Shown here: positions 18,398 through 28,167 of the stretch, piece after piece
Layout: every line of letters starts with the position of its first letter
How positions within the stretch are numbered: the first letter of the stretch is position 1
Source of the DNA: a virus
Direction: 5' to 3' (one strand)
Virus record (IMG/VR): IMGVR_UViG_3300045988_106448
Length of the DNA stretch: 64,000 bases
Translations under genes and position numbers: made by a program
The notes under the pieces: model-generated
Database searches by the model: none
What the model saw: the letters and a program-made list of their open reading frames with translations, nothing else
What the model was told of the DNA's origin: nothing

Positions 18398-18934
18398 ATG
18401 GCAGACTTCCCATTCGCTCTTTGTAAAGAGGCAGCAACGATAGCGGGTATTACCCCGACGGACATTGGGGTTCCTGCAAATGATTGGGTGACTAAAGAGA
18501 AATTGGTAGCCACCGGGAAATTCGATGCGGCATCATTATCCAAATATGCGGATAATGATTTCGTTTGTTTAAAGGATTTGGCACAAGGTACGTTTACCGT
18601 TAGTCTTTCTTTAAATTCTGACGTGAATACACGTGGTAAGGTATCTATTAACGGTGGTACACCCGCCACGACAGCGAGTGTAGAATTGGCTGCCGGAACT
18701 GATGCCGTTTGCTTGTGTACCATGTTGGAAGGTGACGTGTTCGACGGATGGTACAACGGTTCAACGAAGGTTAGTAGCGCAAACCCGTATAGATTTGCGG
18801 TTGTTGCAGATGCGACACTTGTGGCAAAATTCTTTTACATGGATGCTTCTCCTACTAGTTTGGATTACACGGCAGAAGGAGGAACGAAAACCATTGCAAT
18901 TGAATCAAACGTTCCTACATGGACGGTTAGTTAG
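18398..18934 (+). CDS. Protein with one Listeria-Bacteroides (Flg_new) repeat plus a C-terminal BACON-like segment, paralogous to the C-terminus of the 1390-aa protein
   Basis: 'GDVFDGWYNGSTKVSS...TLVAKFFYMDASPTSLDYTAEGGTKTIAIESNVPTWTVS' versus 'GDVFDGWYEGSTRVST...TLVAKILYIDVTPTSLDYEAGGGTKTITVTSNVGSWTVS'. Confidence 0.6.
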   Translation: MADFPFALCKEAATIAGITPTDIGVPANDWVTKEKLVATGKFDAASLSKYADNDFVCLKDLAQGTFTVSLSLNSDVNTRGKVSINGGTPATTASVELAAGTDAVCLCTMLEGDVFDGWYNGSTKVSSANPYRFAVVADATLVAKFFYMDASPTSLDYTAEGGTKTIAIESNVPTWTVS

Positions 18935-18955
18935 TGACAATTAATTAAAGATATT

Positions 18956-21900
18956 ATGGCAAAGGATTCTTGGTTGACCGTCAGCCCCATGTCTGGCAAA
19001 GGTAACGCCACGTTGCGGAATTCTGGAACGCCCCATAAGGGGCGTTTTCAGCGTTCTACCGTGGTGACTGCCGTTGTGAAAGATATGGCTGAAGGAAAAT
19101 CTTATTCAGTGAATCAAAAGCCGTCAAGCGAATATCTTACTTTAGATAAAACAGAATTTAGTATTGGAGAGGCGGGTGGTAATGTAACCGTTACGGGGAA
19201 AAGTAATTCTGCCCGTCTTACTTTCACGTTAGGTGAATCAAGTGCGATTTCAATCCCTATTCCTACCACGTACACCGTGAACAGTTTTTCAAATTCAACC
19301 TCCGCCGCCATAACGGGTGATCCGGGGGCTAAAGATGAATTCACGTTCAGTATCACTTTTGCCATACCTCGAAATTTAGGGGCTGAGCGAGTGGGGGTGA
19401 TAGTGGTGCAAGGGTCATCTTCCACGGTGTCGGCGATTGCTAATATCACGCAAGCGGTGGCAACGTTTAAGATGACTTACACGAAAGGGGATTACATCAA
19501 CACTATTTCCAAGACTGAAGAGACTGTACAATACGGAGGAACTGCCACGTGTACGGCGACATTACTCGCTAACACGCAGCAATACTCTTACACGTTTGAC
19601 GGTTGGTACGAAGGTTCAACGAAAGTTGGTTCCGCTTTGGCTTTAAGTGTGGCGAATATTTCTAAAGCCCGGAGCTTCATGGCGAAAGGAAAAAGAACTA
19701 CCAATCAATACACGTTATCAACTAAGATTACCCCGGCTGGAGGTGGTACTATTACCGGAGCGGGTAAAGTAGATTGGGGAACTCAACTTTCGGTGACAGC
19801 AACCCCGGCAACAGGGTATAACTTTACTAATTGGGTTTATAGAAGTACTTCTTACACGACTAACCCCTACACGGTAACGGTTACACAGAATGAAACGATA
19901 GAGGCTGTCTTCACTTTGAAGAAGTACAGAATTACCACGAGTGCGGCGTATCGGGTGGCAGAAAGTGGTGATTTCACGGCAGGCACTACCGGGGGAACCG
20001 TGACGGCTTCTGCCGATTATAATCATGGTTCAACTGTTTCTTTGGTTGCTTCACCCGCTACCGGATATAGTTTTGCGGGTTGGTACGATGGGACTACGTT
20101 AGTTTATTCAGGAACCACTTATTCGTTCACGGCAACACAGGCTAGAACGTTAGTTGGTAGGTTCCAACGCAGGTGGTTCACGATCACGTTTACCGCCGGA
20201 ACGGGTGGAAAGGTATCCCCCACGAGTGCTAGAGTGCAATGGGGAGGGTCAGCTTCTTCTACCGCAACCGCAAACACGGGCTACACGTTCAGTGGATGGA
20301 GTGATGGTACTAAGACAGCCACTATTTCTAAGACGAATATTCAGGAGGATGCCTCTTATGCGGCTTCGTTTGGAATTGATACTTACGTGGTTACATACGT
20401 TGCTGACACGGGTATAGCTTCGGTTAATCCCACGAGCCAGAGTGTTGAACATGGAAGTAACGCTTCTGGATCAACCGCCACCGTTGCCACGGGTTATAAT
20501 TTCTCAGGATGGTACGAAGGAAGCACTCGAGTATTCACAACACTTGCTACCGGATCATTTGGACCGATCACGGGGAATAGAACGTTGACGGCAAAGGCAA
20601 CTATTAAGACATTCTCAGTAACGGGTAATCCACAGTTTAAGAATACTGATGGAGGTACTTCTTACACGGATGGTACTGATGGAGGTACGGTAAGTGGATC
20701 GGGTACGTATAACTATGGTTCAACGGCAACGTTGACCGCATCGGCTAAAACAGGATATACATTTGCAGGTTGGTTTGATAGCGATGGAACTAAGGTTTCA
20801 AGTTCAACTTCCCTACAAATTACGAATATTACCGCTTCGGTTACAAGGTACGCTCGTTTCGATAAGATATGGTACACGGTAACTTACACTAAGAACGATA
20901 ATATCGCGAGTGTTACTCCTGCATCTCAAAGAGTTTCTTACGGTAGTTCGGCCGCAAGTACCGCAGCGTTACCCGCTACCACGGCAAAATTCACGTACTC
21001 GTTTGATGGATGGTATGAAGGAACCACGAAAGTGGGTTCAGCCTTAGCGTTGAGCGTTACGAATATCACGAAAGCCAGAACGTTCCAAGCACGTGGAAAC
21101 GCAACCATTAGAAGCTATACTATCACGGCTACTTCCGAGAATACTAATTACGGTACGGTAACGGGAGGAGGTTCGTATGATTACGATTCAACCGTGACGT
21201 TGACGGCTACTCGTAAGACGGGCTATACGTTCAGTGGATGGTACGAAGGTACGACACGAGTGAGCACTTCTGCCACTTATACATTCACGTGTAACGGAGC
21301 AAGAACGTTGGTTGCTAAATGGGCTGTTTATAACTTGACGATAACTGTGACATGGAGTCCGACCGCTTCTAAAGGAACGGTGTCTGGATCGTTAACAGGT
21401 CAAGAAGGCACTAAAACAACGTTAAATTTTACCCCGGCGACTGCTTATAATTTTGACCATTGGGAAAATAATAACGGCACCACTGGAGTTCAGAATGAAA
21501 CGTTTACATTTGGTATTACGACTTCTATTACTGTGTTTTGTACGATGAAAACATATACCGTTTCTTACACGAAAGGTACTGGAATTACGGCAGTAAGTAG
21601 AGCAAGTGAAACAGTTAATTATGGAGCCAACGCAGCGGGATCAACCGCCACCGTTCAAACCGGATATACCTTCGACGGATGGTACAACGGTTCAACGAAG
21701 GCTTCTTCTTCTGTAACGTTTGCACCTACTAACGTGACGGCTACTGTTACCTATGAAGCCCGTGCGACGATTAACAAGTTTACGGTAACGGCTTCCCCGT
21801 ATTTCCGTAATACGGATGGCACTGGAAATTATGCTTCTGGTACAGATGGTGGAACCGTGACGGGTGGTGGTTCCGTAAATTACGGTGGAAGTTCCACGGT

Positions 21901-23128
21901 TACGGCGGCGGCTAAGACCGGATATCAATTTGATGGATGGTACACCGCAGGTGCTACGGGTGGAACTTTGTTAAGTTCTAACGCAGCTTACACCATTACC
22001 AACGTTACGGCAAATCAGACAGTTTACGCTCGTTTTTCACGTATTTATTACACGGTAACTTACACGGTAGGAAATTACGTTTCAAGCGTTAGTAGAACGT
22101 CTGAGAGAGTTGCAAAAGGGGCAAACGCTTTAGGTTCTACCATGACTATTAATGCAACCACGGCTCAGTTCTCTTACGCTGTGGATGGTTGGTATAATGG
22201 TTCGACGAAAGCAAGTTCCTCAGCCACGTTTGCTCCTACCAACGTTCAGGGGGCTATGACGTTGCAAGCACGAGCCACGCAAACGACCCGTAGTTATACC
22301 GTAACTTACGTGAAGGGTGATTATATCAGTGCGGTTAGCCGGGCTAGTGAATCCGTTCTTTATAATGGGAACGCAGCGGGATCAACCGCCACCGTGATGG
22401 CAACTACTGATGAATTTTCGTATTCGTTTGATGGATGGTACAACGGTTCTACCCGTGTTTCAACGGCGTTAACTTACGCTCCAACAGAGGTTAAGTCGGC
22501 GTTAACGTTAACGGCTAAAGGAAAGAGAACCTCACGTACTTACACGGCAACAATTTACGGAGCGTATAGAAATACCAACGGTACCGGAAACTACACGCAA
22601 GGAACAACGGGTGGAGAAGCAGGTCCAAACGTTAGTGGAACGTACAACGCCGAAGTGACAGTTAAGATGTTGAGCATTGCCACGGGGTACAAGTTTGATG
22701 GATGGGCTGAATCGTTGGCGGCTAACGCTACGATTTTGTCAACTTCACAATCTTACACGTTTAAGATAACGAAAAACATCACTTTGTACGGACGCACGAC
22801 CAAACAGTATTTCGCTGTCGCAGTGCAATTGGATTCAACGAGTGCGGGTAGAGGGTCGGTATCAGGAGGCGGCACTGTTGCTTACGGTACTTCAATGACT
22901 GTTACTTGCACGATGAGCAAACCCGGTGACGTGTTCGACGGATGGTATGAAGGAAGCACACGAGTAAGTACTTCTTTATCGTACACGTTCTCTGTTACCA
23001 AGGCTAGAACGTTGGTGGCTAAGATTTTATACATTGATGTCACTCCTACTAGTCTTGATTACGAGGCAGGTGGTGGTACCAAGACAATTACAGTCACTTC
23101 TAATGTTGGAAGTTGGACGGTGAGTTAA
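18956..23128 (+). CDS. Giant repeat protein, 1390 aa. N-terminal BACON-like domain, about 15 tandem Listeria-Bacteroides (Flg_new/InlB B-repeat-like) repeats, and a C-terminal BACON-like domain. Candidate capsid or neck adhesin.
   Basis: About 15 recurrences of the block 'TGYTFxGWYEGSTKV......TLxAKxxxxxYTVTY' (for example 'TGYTFSGWYEGTTRVSTSATYTFTCNGARTLVAKW'). T/S/G-rich. Located between the head and tail-sheath genes. Confidence 0.7.
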   Translation: MAKDSWLTVSPMSGKGNATLRNSGTPHKGRFQRSTVVTAVVKDMAEGKSYSVNQKPSSEYLTLDKTEFSIGEAGGNVTVTGKSNSARLTFTLGESSAISIPIPTTYTVNSFSNSTSAAITGDPGAKDEFTFSITFAIPRNLGAERVGVIVVQGSSSTVSAIANITQAVATFKMTYTKGDYINTISKTEETVQYGGTATCTATLLANTQQYSYTFDGWYEGSTKVGSALALSVANISKARSFMAKGKRTTNQYTLSTKITPAGGGTITGAGKVDWGTQLSVTATPATGYNFTNWVYRSTSYTTNPYTVTVTQNETIEAVFTLKKYRITTSAAYRVAESGDFTAGTTGGTVTASADYNHGSTVSLVASPATGYSFAGWYDGTTLVYSGTTYSFTATQARTLVGRFQRRWFTITFTAGTGGKVSPTSARVQWGGSASSTATANTGYTFSGWSDGTKTATISKTNIQEDASYAASFGIDTYVVTYVADTGIASVNPTSQSVEHGSNASGSTATVATGYNFSGWYEGSTRVFTTLATGSFGPITGNRTLTAKATIKTFSVTGNPQFKNTDGGTSYTDGTDGGTVSGSGTYNYGSTATLTASAKTGYTFAGWFDSDGTKVSSSTSLQITNITASVTRYARFDKIWYTVTYTKNDNIASVTPASQRVSYGSSAASTAALPATTAKFTYSFDGWYEGTTKVGSALALSVTNITKARTFQARGNATIRSYTITATSENTNYGTVTGGGSYDYDSTVTLTATRKTGYTFSGWYEGTTRVSTSATYTFTCNGARTLVAKWAVYNLTITVTWSPTASKGTVSGSLTGQEGTKTTLNFTPATAYNFDHWENNNGTTGVQNETFTFGITTSITVFCTMKTYTVSYTKGTGITAVSRASETVNYGANAAGSTATVQTGYTFDGWYNGSTKASSSVTFAPTNVTATVTYEARATINKFTVTASPYFRNTDGTGNYASGTDGGTVTGGGSVNYGGSSTVTAAAKTGYQFDGWYTAGATGGTLLSSNAAYTITNVTANQTVYARFSRIYYTVTYTVGNYVSSVSRTSERVAKGANALGSTMTINATTAQFSYAVDGWYNGSTKASSSATFAPTNVQGAMTLQARATQTTRSYTVTYVKGDYISAVSRASESVLYNGNAAGSTATVMATTDEFSYSFDGWYNGSTRVSTALTYAPTEVKSALTLTAKGKRTSRTYTATIYGAYRNTNGTGNYTQGTTGGEAGPNVSGTYNAEVTVKMLSIATGYKFDGWAESLAANATILSTSQSYTFKITKNITLYGRTTKQYFAVAVQLDSTSAGRGSVSGGGTVAYGTSMTVTCTMSKPGDVFDGWYEGSTRVSTSLSYTFSVTKARTLVAKILYIDVTPTSLDYEAGGGTKTITVTSNVGSWTVS

Positions 23129-23135
23129 TAAGGGA

Positions 23136-23157
23136 GGAACCGGGTCACCCCGGTTCC
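23136..23157 (+). terminator. Perfect 9-bp hairpin ggaaccggg-tcac-cccggttcc after the giant repeat gene
   Basis: Read directly. No clear U-tract follows, so terminator function is tentative. Confidence 0.4.
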
Positions 23158-23258
23158 ACTTATACATGAAATAGGAAGCATCAGTAAAAAAGATGATAGA
23201 AAATTAGTAATTTTACTTCCTGAAAAAAGTTTGTAAAAATTAATTTAATAACGACAAT

Positions 23259-24929
23259 ATGGCAACGAGTGTCTATTTTAATGGAGCAATGAGAACTCTG
23301 CCCGGTGTATATTCAACGATTACCGCCGGAGAAAGCAGTGCGTCACGTACTCTCGACTTTGGGACAGTCCTGTTAATTGATACGGGCATTATGGGTGCAG
23401 GTTATGGCGGTGGTTCTGGAATCAACGGTCAGAATCTTCAAGGGAAAGATGCCGTGTACGAATTTGAGGATGTAGCTTCTTTTAGAGAGTTTGTTAAAGG
23501 AGGTATGTTTTGGAAATGCGCTGAAGCACTTTTCACTCCAGACCCTCAGAATTCTGACGCGACAGGAATCAGTAAATTGTTGTACGTGCGTGCTTGTACC
23601 ACGGAACCCGCAACAATGACATTTTCACCCACCGGGGGTGGAAGTAATGGTGGAACTCTTTCTATCAAAACTATTGATGAAGGGCTGAACGCAAATGGAG
23701 TTTTGAATCCAGAAGATTCAGAACAACTTCAGAGCGGTTACGCATGGACGGTAGAAAAAGGAACAGAAGACCCCTCAGCATTGGTGATGAAATTCTGGTT
23801 AGGAACTTTCACCGGGATGTACACAGACCCGATTACAGGTGTTGAGTTCCCCTACAATGAAGTAACGGCAGCGCAATCTGATCCTCAGTTAATTTGCGTG
23901 TCACCAGAGGTAAACAATATTTCTCAATTGATTGCATGGATGCAAACTGATGAGAATTTTGGGGCTCGTTTTATTTTGGATATGAGTAATACCACGGTAG
24001 CCGGAACAGGTGAAATTGACGCTGATGACGTTACCGCTAATGCGGGCTGGAAATTGGCTTCTGGCGGTACGGAAGATTATAAATCTACTGACTTGGACGA
24101 TGTTTTGGCTCAGATTACAGATGTTGAATTTAACATTATGTTCTGTGACCAGATTGAAGACAACGCCAAGGGTGCAACGGTACAGAAATTAATCACTCAC
24201 CGGAACACGCAAGCCGTGTTTGACAAATTTGTTTACGTTGGGGCTTACCCTTCTAAAGCTAAATTTGCGGAGTCTCTTGCTCTCGCTAAGCAATTTAATA
24301 GCGCATGGGTAGTAACTGTCTCGGGTGGCATTGGAACGGCTAGTGATTACGTTGCGACCGGAATACGGTGGTGGGGTGTATTCTACAACTTGTGCCAAGT
24401 GATTGGACGTGTAAGTGGAAAACCGCCTTACGTGCCTGTCACGAATAAAACCATTGGAGGTGATAAGTTGCAGCACATTCCGAGTGAAACTGAAAAGAAA
24501 AAGGCTCTTGACGCTGGATTGGTAATCGTGGTTCCTAATCCTTACTTGCGGAGGTTCGTGATTTTGCAGGGTGTTACAACTTTACAAGACAACACGTTGC
24601 TCTTCAATAAGAAGGGGGATTCATTTAGCATTCAATTCATGCGTGTTCTTGCGCAATTGAATAAAGAGTGTGTCGTGAACGCAGAGATTGATCTGTTGGG
24701 TGATGAAAACGGTGTTAATCTGAACACCCTGTCAAAAGGGGCTTTGGAAACATGGACGATCAACTTCCTACAGACTAGAGTGGCTACGGACAATCAAGAC
24801 AACTTGATTATTCGCTTCCAAAACGTGGTAGCAACACGGGTTGAGGACTATTACAAAGTAACCTACGAGGTTGTTGTAAATAGCGAGATAACGAAGATTT
24901 TCTTCACGGGTTATGTATTACGTAAATAA
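23259..24929 (+). CDS. Putative tail sheath protein, 556 aa
   Basis: Large protein directly upstream of a 162-aa tube-sized protein, two small chaperone-like ORFs and a tape measure protein. Assigned by position and size. Confidence 0.45.
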   Translation: MATSVYFNGAMRTLPGVYSTITAGESSASRTLDFGTVLLIDTGIMGAGYGGGSGINGQNLQGKDAVYEFEDVASFREFVKGGMFWKCAEALFTPDPQNSDATGISKLLYVRACTTEPATMTFSPTGGGSNGGTLSIKTIDEGLNANGVLNPEDSEQLQSGYAWTVEKGTEDPSALVMKFWLGTFTGMYTDPITGVEFPYNEVTAAQSDPQLICVSPEVNNISQLIAWMQTDENFGARFILDMSNTTVAGTGEIDADDVTANAGWKLASGGTEDYKSTDLDDVLAQITDVEFNIMFCDQIEDNAKGATVQKLITHRNTQAVFDKFVYVGAYPSKAKFAESLALAKQFNSAWVVTVSGGIGTASDYVATGIRWWGVFYNLCQVIGRVSGKPPYVPVTNKTIGGDKLQHIPSETEKKKALDAGLVIVVPNPYLRRFVILQGVTTLQDNTLLFNKKGDSFSIQFMRVLAQLNKECVVNAEIDLLGDENGVNLNTLSKGALETWTINFLQTRVATDNQDNLIIRFQNVVATRVEDYYKVTYEVVVNSEITKIFFTGYVLRK

Positions 24930-24940
24930 ATTGAATAGCT

Positions 24941-25429
24941 ATGGCAGCACCAAAAGTTTATACAGCCCCGAAAGCGTTTATTAAGATTGATAATGAGGTT
25001 GCGGGGTATTGCCGCAACCTGAATTTTTCGGAAAACGTAACTAGGGCAAACGTGCAAGGTTTGGGGAATCTGACTCTTCAGGAAGCCCCGGCAGTTTCTT
25101 ACTTGTGCCAATGGAGCGTATCTCAATACTTCATTAGTTTTGATACCCCGGTTATGCGCAAGATGTTGAAGAAATTCGGAACCATTGCACAGATAAAGAA
25201 TAGTTTTGTTTTGGGCGATATCGCCTTTGACATTACGATGTACGCTAAGACGGTAGTAAGTGAGGATGCACAGAGCAAACTCGTTACAGAGGTTGATAAC
25301 ACCGGAGAGACAATTGCTCGTTTGCAAGGTTGTTTGCTAAACACCAATTCTTTCCAGTTAGCTGAGGGAGGTCTGGCAGGTACAGATATATCAGGAATTT
25401 ATCTTGAACCTATAACTTTGGCGGGTTAA
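24941..25429 (+). CDS. Putative tail tube protein, 162 aa
   Basis: Size and position between the sheath candidate and the chaperone/tape-measure genes. Confidence 0.45.
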   Translation: MAAPKVYTAPKAFIKIDNEVAGYCRNLNFSENVTRANVQGLGNLTLQEAPAVSYLCQWSVSQYFISFDTPVMRKMLKKFGTIAQIKNSFVLGDIAFDITMYAKTVVSEDAQSKLVTEVDNTGETIARLQGCLLNTNSFQLAEGGLAGTDISGIYLEPITLAG

Positions 25430-25458
25430 CACCCCGCCTTTTTAAAGACTAATACGAC

Positions 25459-25824
25459 ATGATTAACGACGAAGTAACGATTAAGATTAAAGGGGTCGAG
25501 TACCCGGTGAAGTTCCCTAACGTGGGAGAGTTTTACAGAATAGAAGCCATGAAGCAGAGTTTGTCCATGGGTTACTATAATGTAATGTTATCAAGTGCTT
25601 CAAATCAGGCACAGCACGCATTGGACATGATTGACATTCAAGCCACGTTGGTAATCTTGTGTCCTAAACTTATTGAAGATTTGAAAGTGAAAAACTTCAG
25701 CGAGTTGCACATTAAAGATTACGTGGTTATTCGGGATGCCTACTTGAAAACCATTGCGCCGTTCTTTAAAGAGATTGAAGACCTGTTAAGAGGGAAGAAT
25801 GAGGATGACGTAAAGGGGGAGTAA
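25459..25824 (+). CDS. Putative tail assembly chaperone, 121 aa
   Basis: One of two small ORFs between the tube and tape measure genes, the conserved chaperone position. Confidence 0.35.
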   Translation: MINDEVTIKIKGVEYPVKFPNVGEFYRIEAMKQSLSMGYYNVMLSSASNQAQHALDMIDIQATLVILCPKLIEDLKVKNFSELHIKDYVVIRDAYLKTIAPFFKEIEDLLRGKNEDDVKGE

Positions 25825-25825
25825 T

Positions 25826-26125
25826 ATGAAGCGTTCCGAGTTGGTACAGAATGTCATCAACTGGAATAATCGGTTCCCGTTGGACAGGTGGTGGCGAATA
25901 AAGCACAATGTAGCGTTTATGTCACCCGTCCATCGGGAATCTTCTTTTATACATCAGTTAATGGAGTTTGAAGAAGATAAATTATTTATGCCGGATATTT
26001 CAGAAGAGGTTAAATACGTGCCCGGTGTGGGTGACTTCCTAAAGACGAAACAAACTTTAGAAAATTTTGCAGACGAAGCACAGGAAGAAATTAAGAAAAT
26101 GCTAAAGATGGAAGGAAATGGCTGA
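25826..26125 (+). CDS. Putative tail assembly protein, 99 aa
   Basis: Has its own ATG one nt after the upstream stop and overlaps the tape measure start. Confidence 0.35.
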   Translation: MKRSELVQNVINWNNRFPLDRWWRIKHNVAFMSPVHRESSFIHQLMEFEEDKLFMPDISEEVKYVPGVGDFLKTKQTLENFADEAQEEIKKMLKMEGNG

Positions 26126-28163
26126 AGATAAACGAATACGAGTGTCGGCGGATTTAACCCCCTTACAGGAATTGCGGCAGGGGGCGCAAGCCTTGTTAGA
26201 CGACATTAACAATATGGAGGGTCGTTTCAGAGCGTTATCTGGAAAAACCCTTGACACTATTCAGGCGCAAATTGACTTACTGAAGGAGCGAAATAGAGTC
26301 GCAGACGAATTCAATCCCGGTAAACCTATATTATACCCCCTTACCCCCGGTCAGGCTTATAGAACTCCCACAGGAGAGAAACATGGCGATCCGACGGTTT
26401 CAACCCGTCTGTTAGAAGCCGTGAAAAGAATTGGGGATATTTTGGAGGCTCAATTCAGAAACCAACAGAATGGTATTCTACCAGATGATGGTAATCCAGA
26501 TGAGGGGGGAGGTTTGATTCCGCCTACAACACCGTCTCGAGGTGGAGGTGCCTCTAATGTTAGAGGGGGTAACGTGAGATTTCCTACTTCTATGTCGGGG
26601 TTAATGAGTATGATACCCTTAGGAGCGTTGATTATGGGTATCGGAACCATTTTAGGTAAACAAGCCCAATTTGGAGCCACTCAATACGGGGCTGAAAACG
26701 TGTTTCAACGTCAAAATAATATTGGCAACCATTGGTTACTGAATATGCTTACTTTCGGTATATCCGGAGCCGAAGCGAGTAAAAGAGAAGTTGCCCGTAC
26801 TTATGCCTCCCAAAATGATAGAGCGATCAGAGATTACACTTCTCTTCATGCCGTGGATTATAGAGGGGCAATTGGTAGCCAATTAAGAGGGTTTTTTCCG
26901 GAAAGGGGTTCAGATGTAAAAGTTGTAGATATACCGAGAGAAAGACCCTTAGATGAAAAAACTGAAGGAGCCTATTTCGGTGCTAACATTGCTAGAGCGT
27001 TCGGCGTCGATATTGATCCTAAACAAGTTTATACTCCTACCACTTCAACAGCCGAATTGTCTATAAGAACCGGAAATAACGATGAATATAGAAATTGGGC
27101 TACTGATACCTTAGGTTTAAATATTACCGACTATTTACAGCGTGTAGTTGGATTACAGAGAGCCGGGGTAAAAGGATATAATACAAGTCCGGAAGATATT
27201 AATCAGCTTTTAGTGGCTCAACGAATTCGTGGGTTATCTGATGAAGATTTGGCGGGGGTTCAAAGAACCACTCGTTTTGGACGTGGAGGAATGACAGGTG
27301 CAGGCGTTGTGCAGGCGTTTGATACGAATTTGCAAGGTTTCTATCGTGGAATGCCAGATGCAAATCAGAGAATTGCTGCCACGTTAAGCGAGTATCTCGA
27401 TCAATTCAATAGGATGTCTGAGAATTTGTTGTCTAAGACAGGATCAATTGAACCTGAAAATATTGTGCGTTCCATGACTAGCATACAGAATGCCACGGGT
27501 ATGGAAGGACGGCAGTTAAATCGTGTTCAAGAAGCATTAATGGGGCAAAACGTGGCGCAAGATGATGTAACTCAGGCGTTGTTATTACGTACCGCTAGAG
27601 AGATCAAGCCTAATGCTCAATTATCTGATTTACAGGCAATGGTAGAACAGATGCCCGGTGATACTGAATTACAAGAAAAATTCTTTACCTCCTTACAAAG
27701 TATGACGGGCGGTGGTGAAATGATGCGTCAGGTAATGAAGGCGGTTTTTCCTGGATTATCAATGACAGATATTGTTGATCTAGATAATGGAAAAATTAAG
27801 CTAGATGAATTATTTAAAAAGGGTACGACTAAGGGTGGAAAATATAGTGATGCCACAGCCCAAGCAATGGTCGGAGATGCAGAGGCTTCTACTGCCGGAA
27901 CTGATAATCGTAAAATATTGGATGGTATTGCTCAGACTATTAAAGGGGGGCTTCCCGGTTTAAAAGAAGCATTAGAATCTGTTGAAAAGCCGTTACCTGT
28001 TATGATTGTAAAGGCTCCTCCGGGTAGTGCGGGTGAAGATATGATGTTTAACGTCTTTCCTGACCCTAGTCAGTTGTTTAGATTATTAGAGGAAGGAATT
28101 TATGTGTTGCGGGATATTTTGACAGAACAAAAGAAGCCCGTTGAAATCCCTTATAGACCGTAA
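26118..28163 (+). CDS. Putative tape measure protein, 681 aa
   Basis: Position after the chaperone pair. Gly-rich segment 'GGGLIPPTTPSRGGGASNVRGGN' and a hydrophobic patch 'LMSMIPLGALIMGIGTILG' are typical of tape measure proteins. Confidence 0.45.
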   Translation: MAEDKRIRVSADLTPLQELRQGAQALLDDINNMEGRFRALSGKTLDTIQAQIDLLKERNRVADEFNPGKPILYPLTPGQAYRTPTGEKHGDPTVSTRLLEAVKRIGDILEAQFRNQQNGILPDDGNPDEGGGLIPPTTPSRGGGASNVRGGNVRFPTSMSGLMSMIPLGALIMGIGTILGKQAQFGATQYGAENVFQRQNNIGNHWLLNMLTFGISGAEASKREVARTYASQNDRAIRDYTSLHAVDYRGAIGSQLRGFFPERGSDVKVVDIPRERPLDEKTEGAYFGANIARAFGVDIDPKQVYTPTTSTAELSIRTGNNDEYRNWATDTLGLNITDYLQRVVGLQRAGVKGYNTSPEDINQLLVAQRIRGLSDEDLAGVQRTTRFGRGGMTGAGVVQAFDTNLQGFYRGMPDANQRIAATLSEYLDQFNRMSENLLSKTGSIEPENIVRSMTSIQNATGMEGRQLNRVQEALMGQNVAQDDVTQALLLRTAREIKPNAQLSDLQAMVEQMPGDTELQEKFFTSLQSMTGGGEMMRQVMKAVFPGLSMTDIVDLDNGKIKLDELFKKGTTKGGKYSDATAQAMVGDAEASTAGTDNRKILDGIAQTIKGGLPGLKEALESVEKPLPVMIVKAPPGSAGEDMMFNVFPDPSQLFRLLEEGIYVLRDILTEQKKPVEIPYRP

Positions 28164-28167
28164 AGCT

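Noticed and set aside
20154-20452. Small + strand and minus-strand ORFs embedded in the giant repeat gene (20154-20417, 20249-20452, 21692-21928)
   Set aside because: They are out-of-frame reads through repetitive T/G-rich coding sequence with no start context or motif. The giant ORF is continuous across them.
17229-23128. Diversity-generating retroelement (DGR) acting on the repeat adhesin genes
   Set aside because: No reverse-transcriptase ORF and no near-identical template/variable-repeat pair with adenine-specific differences is visible in the window. The paralogs differ throughout, including at synonymous sites, which indicates ancient duplication.
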